Positions 59,326 through 64,000 of a stretch of DNA of 64,000 nucleotides are shown here, in pieces. Within the stretch, counting starts at the first letter, position 1. Each line of letters opens with the position of its first letter. The DNA is from Candidatus Omnitrophota bacterium (GTDB lineage Bacteria > Omnitrophota > Gorgyraeia > Pluralincolimonadales > Pluralincolimonadaceae): assembly GCA_003141835.1 (NCBI GenBank), contig PLNR01000011.1:107804-171803 (forward strand), read 5' to 3'. Under the pieces are notes generated by a model. The model worked only from the letters and a program-made list of their open reading frames with translations, ran no database searches and had not been told where the DNA came from. Made by a program: the position numbers and the translations under genes.

Positions 59326-59354
59326 TTGAACCTCCTTGGGATAGATTTAAGTCA

Positions 59355-59383
59355 ATGATACTACGGAAGTTAACTACTGTCAA
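59355..59383 (-). promoter_or_regulatory. sigma70 promoter upstream of the malK-like gene
   Basis: TTGACA (59383-59378), 17 nt, TATCAT (59360-59355). Confidence 0.8.
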
Positions 59384-59415
59384 CCCTCATCAACTATTAG
59401 CAATAGGGCTGCCCC

Positions 59416-60255
59416 CTACGGGGTCAGGTAATCTATTACCTGGGCGATGCCGGATTTCAGGTTCTTCCTGTGGATTATCATGTCTAAAAGGCCGTGTTCC
59501 AGGAGGAATTCCGAACGTTGGAAGCCGGGCGGCAGTTTCTGCCTGATCGTCTGCTCTATTACGCGCGGGCCGGTAAAACCTATCAGCGCCTTCGGCTCGG
59601 CCATTATTATATCGCCCAGCGACGCGAAACTCGCCATGACGCCGGCCATAGTGGGATTGGTCAGTACGGAAATATACGGGACACCTGCCTCGTGGAGCTT
59701 TGCTATGGCGGCGGACGTTTTGGCCATCTGCATAAGGGAAAAGAGGCCTTCATACATGCGCGCTCCCCCGCCCGAACCGGAGACGATGACCAGGGGCAGC
59801 CTCAGGTTCGTGGCCAGTTCGGTCGCCCTGGCTATCTTCTCTCCCACGACCGAACCCATCGAACCCATTATGAAACGCGAATCCGTGACGACGAATATTA
59901 CCCTTTTGCCATCTATCATGCCCCTGCCGCTGATGCATGCTTCGGTAAGCCCGGTATCAGCCTCGTCCTGTTTTAATTTTTCCTCATACGTCCTCGGCCC
60001 CTTGAACTGGAGCGGATCCATGGACCTCAGGCCTGAGTCCCGTTCCTCGAAACTGCCGGCATCGAGGAGCATCGTTATCCTCTCCTGCGCTGTCAGGACG
60101 AAATGATAATTGCACTTGGGGCATACCTTCATGTTCTCTTCGAGGGCCTTGTTATATATTATCTCTCCGCACTCCTCGCACTTGGTCCAGAGGCCTTCGG
60201 GTATGTCCTTTTTCTTCGCGACTTTTACTATCGTATATTTAGGTTTTCCGAACAT
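59416..60255 (-). CDS. accD: Acetyl-CoA carboxylase carboxyltransferase beta subunit
   Basis: LWTKC--C...CPKC zinc finger, MGSMGSVVGEK, GGARM-EG, IGFTGPRVIEQT. Confidence 0.96.
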   Translation of the reverse strand: MFGKPKYTIVKVAKKKDIPEGLWTKCEECGEIIYNKALEENMKVCPKCNYHFVLTAQERITMLLDAGSFEERDSGLRSMDPLQFKGPRTYEEKLKQDEADTGLTEACISGRGMIDGKRVIFVVTDSRFIMGSMGSVVGEKIARATELATNLRLPLVIVSGSGGGARMYEGLFSLMQMAKTSAAIAKLHEAGVPYISVLTNPTMAGVMASFASLGDIIMAEPKALIGFTGPRVIEQTIRQKLPPGFQRSEFLLEHGLLDMIIHRKNLKSGIAQVIDYLTP

Positions 60256-60259
60256 GTCC

Positions 60260-61543
60260 TTAGCCTATCTTGTTTATTACCAGGCCTGACGGGGGCTTGG
60301 GATAGAAATACGTGGTCTTGTGGGGCATCCTCTCCTGCCGCTTCACTATATTCTTTATCTCGTCAAATGCCGGAGGGTTAAGGAAGAATGAGGCCCGGCC
60401 GCTGCCCGATGATGCCCATTTGAACGCCGTCGCAAGATCCCTCGTGAACGATATCATCTTCTCCGCCTTCTCCCCTTTTATGCCCAGCGCCTTCTCGAAG
60501 ACGAGATGGTGCAATATCACTACGTCGAGGTTCCTCCAGTAATCGGAGTTGGCCGACTTTATCAGCCCGCCGGCGTCCCTGCGCTTCAGCGAGAGGCAGA
60601 GGAACTTCCTGCCGCCGAGATATACGCCTATGGTATGCTTCCTGTCCGCCTTCATCCTGGCGAGCATCTTCTCTTTACTGTTAACGTGTATTATATCAAA
60701 AAACTTTTCGATCTTACTGAGATTTTTTCGGAACGTCCCCGCGGGAAGCCCTTCCACCATCCGGTGCGTAGGGAGTATCGTCATGCCTGAGGGGTCTGAG
60801 GTCGCGAAATACATCATCACGTAATTGGCGGCAGGGCCTGATGCTCTATCATGCTCAAGCATGTATTTCCTGTATTCGAGGGAGACTTCGTAGCGGTGGT
60901 GCCCGTCGGCGATCAACGCGCGTTTGGCTTTGACGGACCTTTGCAGCCTTTTTATCGTCGCCGCGTCAGGCATAAGCCAGATCCTGTTCCTCGTCCCCTC
61001 GAACCTGACATCGACCGACGGTTTCTTGTTCCTTATGAAACCCCTCAGGATGTTTATTACTTTTTTATTCTCATCGATCACTATGGAAAATATCGGGCTG
61101 AGGTTCGCGCCGGTCTCTTTCATGAGCCTGAGCCTGTCGAGTTTCGGGCCCCTGAAAGTGCGCTCGTGGGGGAGGAACCCCTTCGTCCGGTCTTCCTCCA
61201 GCCTTGCCAGTGAGATAAAACCGAGGCGGTGCTTTTTCTTCCCGCCGTCAGTATATTCCTGGTCATAAACATAGACCGAATCCCGGGCGTCACGGACCAG
61301 GACTTCTTTATCTATACATTCCTCCAGGAAATCCCCGGCTCTCGTATATCTGTTGTTGCCCTTATTGTCCTTGGGAAGGGTCTTGCCGAGGTCCAGTCTT
61401 ATGAAGTTGTAAGGATGGGTTTTATAATACGACGCCTGCTGCCTCTTGTTTATGACGTCATAAGGTGGGGTTATGGCCTTGGAGAGATCGCCCACCGTTT
61501 TAGCATTATACCTGTAGCCTCTGAAGGGTTTGATTATCGTCAT
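60260..61543 (-). CDS. DUF1015 family protein
   Basis: PPYDVI, LPHERT, N-SPIF, IADGHHRY, MPHKTTYFYPK--SG. Confidence 0.9.
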   Translation of the reverse strand: MTIIKPFRGYRYNAKTVGDLSKAITPPYDVINKRQQASYYKTHPYNFIRLDLGKTLPKDNKGNNRYTRAGDFLEECIDKEVLVRDARDSVYVYDQEYTDGGKKKHRLGFISLARLEEDRTKGFLPHERTFRGPKLDRLRLMKETGANLSPIFSIVIDENKKVINILRGFIRNKKPSVDVRFEGTRNRIWLMPDAATIKRLQRSVKAKRALIADGHHRYEVSLEYRKYMLEHDRASGPAANYVMMYFATSDPSGMTILPTHRMVEGLPAGTFRKNLSKIEKFFDIIHVNSKEKMLARMKADRKHTIGVYLGGRKFLCLSLKRRDAGGLIKSANSDYWRNLDVVILHHLVFEKALGIKGEKAEKMISFTRDLATAFKWASSGSGRASFFLNPPAFDEIKNIVKRQERMPHKTTYFYPKPPSGLVINKIG

Positions 61544-61552
61544 TTTCAGGAA

Positions 61553-61561
61553 ATTATATCA
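61553..61561 (-). promoter_or_regulatory. Extended -10 promoter (TGnTATAAT) for DUF1015-accD
   Basis: TGATATAAT 9 nt upstream of the ATG at 61543. Confidence 0.55.
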
Positions 61562-61565
61562 CAAA

Positions 61566-62723
61566 TCACCTGAAAAAACTCTTTAATTTTCTTATGAATG
61601 ACGCGGAGTTGGGGAAAGTGCTTTCGCCTGATGCGCGGGTGAATTCCTGGAGTATGCGTTTCTGTGCGTCGCTGGTCACGGTAGGCGTCTCGACTATGAC
61701 GCGGACGTGCTCGTCGCCGCGGACGCCGGTATGGATATCTTTTATGCCTTTATCCCGTAACCTGAATATCTTGCCGCTCTGCGTGCCGGACGGGACTTTC
61801 ATCCGGACTTTGCCGTCGAGCGTCGGGACCTCGACCTCTGTCCCGAGAGCCGCGTCGACCATCGTGATGGGGACCTCGCAGAGTACATCGCTGCCGTGGC
61901 GTTCGAATATCTCGTGGGGCCTGACATAGATGAGGACATAAAGGTCTCCGCGCTGCCCGCCGCGCTGCCCTACTTCACCCTCGCCCGCGACGCGCAGCCT
62001 CATCCCGTTCTCGATGCCGGCCGGGATCTTCACCGTTATCTTCCTGTCGACGACTACCCTGCCGCCGCCCCTGCATTTGGGACAGGGTTTTGAGATGGTC
62101 GAGCCTTCGCCGCCGCATTTGTCGCATGCCCGGGAGTAGATCATGAAACCCTGTGAAGATTGCACCTGGCCCGCGCCGCCGCATTTCGAACAGGTAGTCC
62201 TCGAGGAACCGGGCGCCGTGCCTTCTCCCCTGCAGCTCGGGCATACCTCATGGCGGGGTATCACAAAATCTTTTGCCGCGCCGGACGCCGACTCGTTAAA
62301 ATTTATCTCCATGTCGAACTGGAGGTCTGAGCCGCGGCGCCTGCCGCCGGAACTTCGCCTTCCGCCTCCAAAAATGCCGCCGCCGAATATCCCGCCGAGA
62401 AGGTCTTCCAGGTCGACGCCTCCCATACCCATGTCCTCAAATACGCTGGAGAAATCTGCGCCGCGGAATATATCTTCGGAGGTGTAACGCGAATCTATGC
62501 CCGAATGGCCGAACTGGTCGTACTGCGCGCGCTTCTGCGTATCCGACAATACCGCGTAAGCTTCGGAGAGATCCTTGAACTTCTCTTCCGCGGCTTTCTT
62601 GTCGGTCGGGTTCCTGTCCGGATGGTATTTAAGCGCCAGCCTGCGGTAGGCGGTCTTCACCTCATCGGCTGAAGCGCCCTTTTGCACGCCAAGTATTTCA
62701 TAATAATCACGTTTTTCTGGCAT
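61566..62723 (-). CDS. dnaJ: Chaperone DnaJ
   Basis: J domain with HPD, G/F region, four CxxCxGxG motifs. Confidence 0.97.
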   Translation of the reverse strand: MPEKRDYYEILGVQKGASADEVKTAYRRLALKYHPDRNPTDKKAAEEKFKDLSEAYAVLSDTQKRAQYDQFGHSGIDSRYTSEDIFRGADFSSVFEDMGMGGVDLEDLLGGIFGGGIFGGGRRSSGGRRRGSDLQFDMEINFNESASGAAKDFVIPRHEVCPSCRGEGTAPGSSRTTCSKCGGAGQVQSSQGFMIYSRACDKCGGEGSTISKPCPKCRGGGRVVVDRKITVKIPAGIENGMRLRVAGEGEVGQRGGQRGDLYVLIYVRPHEIFERHGSDVLCEVPITMVDAALGTEVEVPTLDGKVRMKVPSGTQSGKIFRLRDKGIKDIHTGVRGDEHVRVIVETPTVTSDAQKRILQEFTRASGESTFPNSASFIRKLKSFFR

Positions 62724-62733
62724 TTTAAGTATT

Positions 62734-62812
62734 GGGGACGTTCCAATAAAGGGTACACTCCACTTACAGCTATTAATTGCGGAAGTGGGGTGTCCCTTTT
62801 TGGGACGTCCCC
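62734..62812. repeat. Long imperfect palindrome (REP-like element or RNA hairpin) between dnaK and dnaJ
   Basis: GGGGACGT...AAAGGG.ACAC.CCACTT / AAGTGG.GTGT.CCCTTT...ACGTCCCC arms around an AT-rich centre. Confidence 0.75.
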
Positions 62813-62818
62813 TAAATT

Positions 62819-64000
62819 TTACTTTTTCTTCTTATCCTTATCCTCATCCTCGGCGCGGAAATCCGCGTCGATGATGTCGTCTTTCTTGCCGGGACCTTCT
62901 CCCGGGCCTTCAGGTCCAGGGCCGCCTGTCGGGCCGCCCTGCGGTTCTTCGGGCCCTGCCTGCGGACCTGCTCCTTGCCCGCCCGGCTGGCCTTTCTGCT
63001 GGCTCGACTTGTATATCTCTTCAGCCAGTTTATACGATGCCTGCTGGAGGCTCTCCATCGATTTCTTGATGCGGTCGACGTTCTTATCCTTTATCGCCTG
63101 CTTCAAGTCGTTCAAACCGGTCTCGATGTTAGCCCTGTCCTGCTGGCTTACCTTATCGCCGTAATCCTTGAGCGATTTCTCGGTAGAGTAGACGAGGTTA
63201 TCGGCCTGGTTGACGACCTCGACCTCTTCCTTTTTCTTCGTATCTTCGGAAGCGAACTTCTCTGCTTCCTTGACCATCCTGTCGATCTCTTCCTTGGACA
63301 GTTTCTTCGGAGCAGTGATCTTTATCGACTGCTCTTTTCCGGTGCCGACGTCTTTGGCGTTGACGTGCACAATGCCGTTAGCGTCGATATCAAATGTGAC
63401 CTCGATCTTCGGCATGCCCCTCGGGGCCGGCGGTATGCCCATGAGGTCGAATCGCCCGAGTTCGACGTTATCGTTCGCCATCGGACGCTCGCCCTGCAAT
63501 ACGCGGATCGTGACCGACGGCTGGTTATCCTGCGCCGTCGAGAATGTCTGGCTCTGGCGCGTAGGTATGGTCGTGTTCCTCTCTATCAATTTCGTCATTA
63601 CCGAGCCTAAAGTCTCGATGCCCAATGAAAGCGGCGTGACATCGAGAAGTTGTATGTCTTTAATTTCGCCTTTCAACGCGGCGGCCTGTATGGCGGCGCC
63701 CAAAGCGACGCACTCCATCGGGTCGACTCCGCGCTCTATTTTCTTACCGACATAATCCTCTACGAATTTCTGGATTATCGGCATCCTCGTCGGGCCGCCG
63801 ACGAGTATTACCCTGGCGATATCATTCATCGTCAGTTTCGCGTCCTTTACCGCGTTCTCCATCGGTGCGCGGCACCTGTTGACTATCGGGGAGATCAGGT
63901 CCTCGAGTTTCGCGCGCGTTATCGTGTGGGTGAAATGTTTCGGCCCTGACGCGTCGGCAGTGATAAACGGCAGGTTGATGTCGGTCTGCACTGTGCTCGA
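62819..64000 (-). CDS. dnaK: Chaperone DnaK (3' part; gene begins beyond the window)
   Basis: [55 protein letters not shown]. Confidence 0.97.
   Translation of the reverse strand, partial: SSTVQTDINLPFITADASGPKHFTHTITRAKLEDLISPIVNRCRAPMENAVKDAKLTMNDIARVILVGGPTRMPIIQKFVEDYVGKKIERGVDPMECVALGAAIQAAALKGEIKDIQLLDVTPLSLGIETLGSVMTKLIERNTTIPTRQSQTFSTAQDNQPSVTIRVLQGERPMANDNVELGRFDLMGIPPAPRGMPKIEVTFDIDANGIVHVNAKDVGTGKEQSIKITAPKKLSKEEIDRMVKEAEKFASEDTKKKEEVEVVNQADNLVYSTEKSLKDYGDKVSQQDRANIETGLNDLKQAIKDKNVDRIKKSMESLQQASYKLAEEIYKSSQQKGQPGGQGAGPQAGPEEPQGGPTGGPGPEGPGEGPGKKDDIIDADFRAEDEDKDKKKK

Noticed and set aside
62880-63000. Gly/Pro-rich repetitive stretch near the dnaK 3' end
   Set aside because: Ordinary disordered DnaK C-terminal tail, not a tandem repeat array

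Overview
All confidently coding genes in this 64-kb bacterial window lie on the minus strand. From the right-hand end in transcription order: a housekeeping block (dnaK [partial], dnaJ, DUF1015, accD; then a MalK-type ATPase and two tandem membrane GAF-GGDEF diguanylate cyclases); an operon of ROK kinase, LptD-like protein and nucleotide-sugar genes (ugd, rmlC/A/B/D, wbpA, wbpP-like, wbpE-like, UDP-xylose synthase); and from ~43.2 kb to the left edge one tightly coupled surface-glycan operon of more than 43 kb. That operon starts with a near-consensus sigma70 promoter carrying a palindromic operator, an EPS-type MarR/Rossmann regulator, a NusG paralog (RfaH/UpxY/LoaP type) and a leader containing an unannotated 22-codon uORF and an ops-like sequence. 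It encodes a B. subtilis SpsC/D/E/F/G-like nonulosonic-acid module with no recognisable 4,6-dehydratase in the window. The module instead has a radical SAM/SPASM enzyme, a UDP-sugar-dehydrogenase homolog lacking its catalytic Cys/Lys/Asp, and a PseG homolog with His->Asp. The operon also has 3 cobalamin-dependent radical SAM enzymes, 3 AsnB amidotransferases, a WbuX-type amidotransferase, 5 SAM methyltransferases, a WbpB/D/I set, an ArnC/ArnD/ArnT-like cassette, Wzx and a candidate Wzy. Gene content suggests a diderm, perhaps PVC-group (e.g. Omnitrophota-like) organism; this is inference only. No rRNA, tRNA, CRISPR array or transposase was seen. All family calls come from motifs read by eye; no database searches were run.
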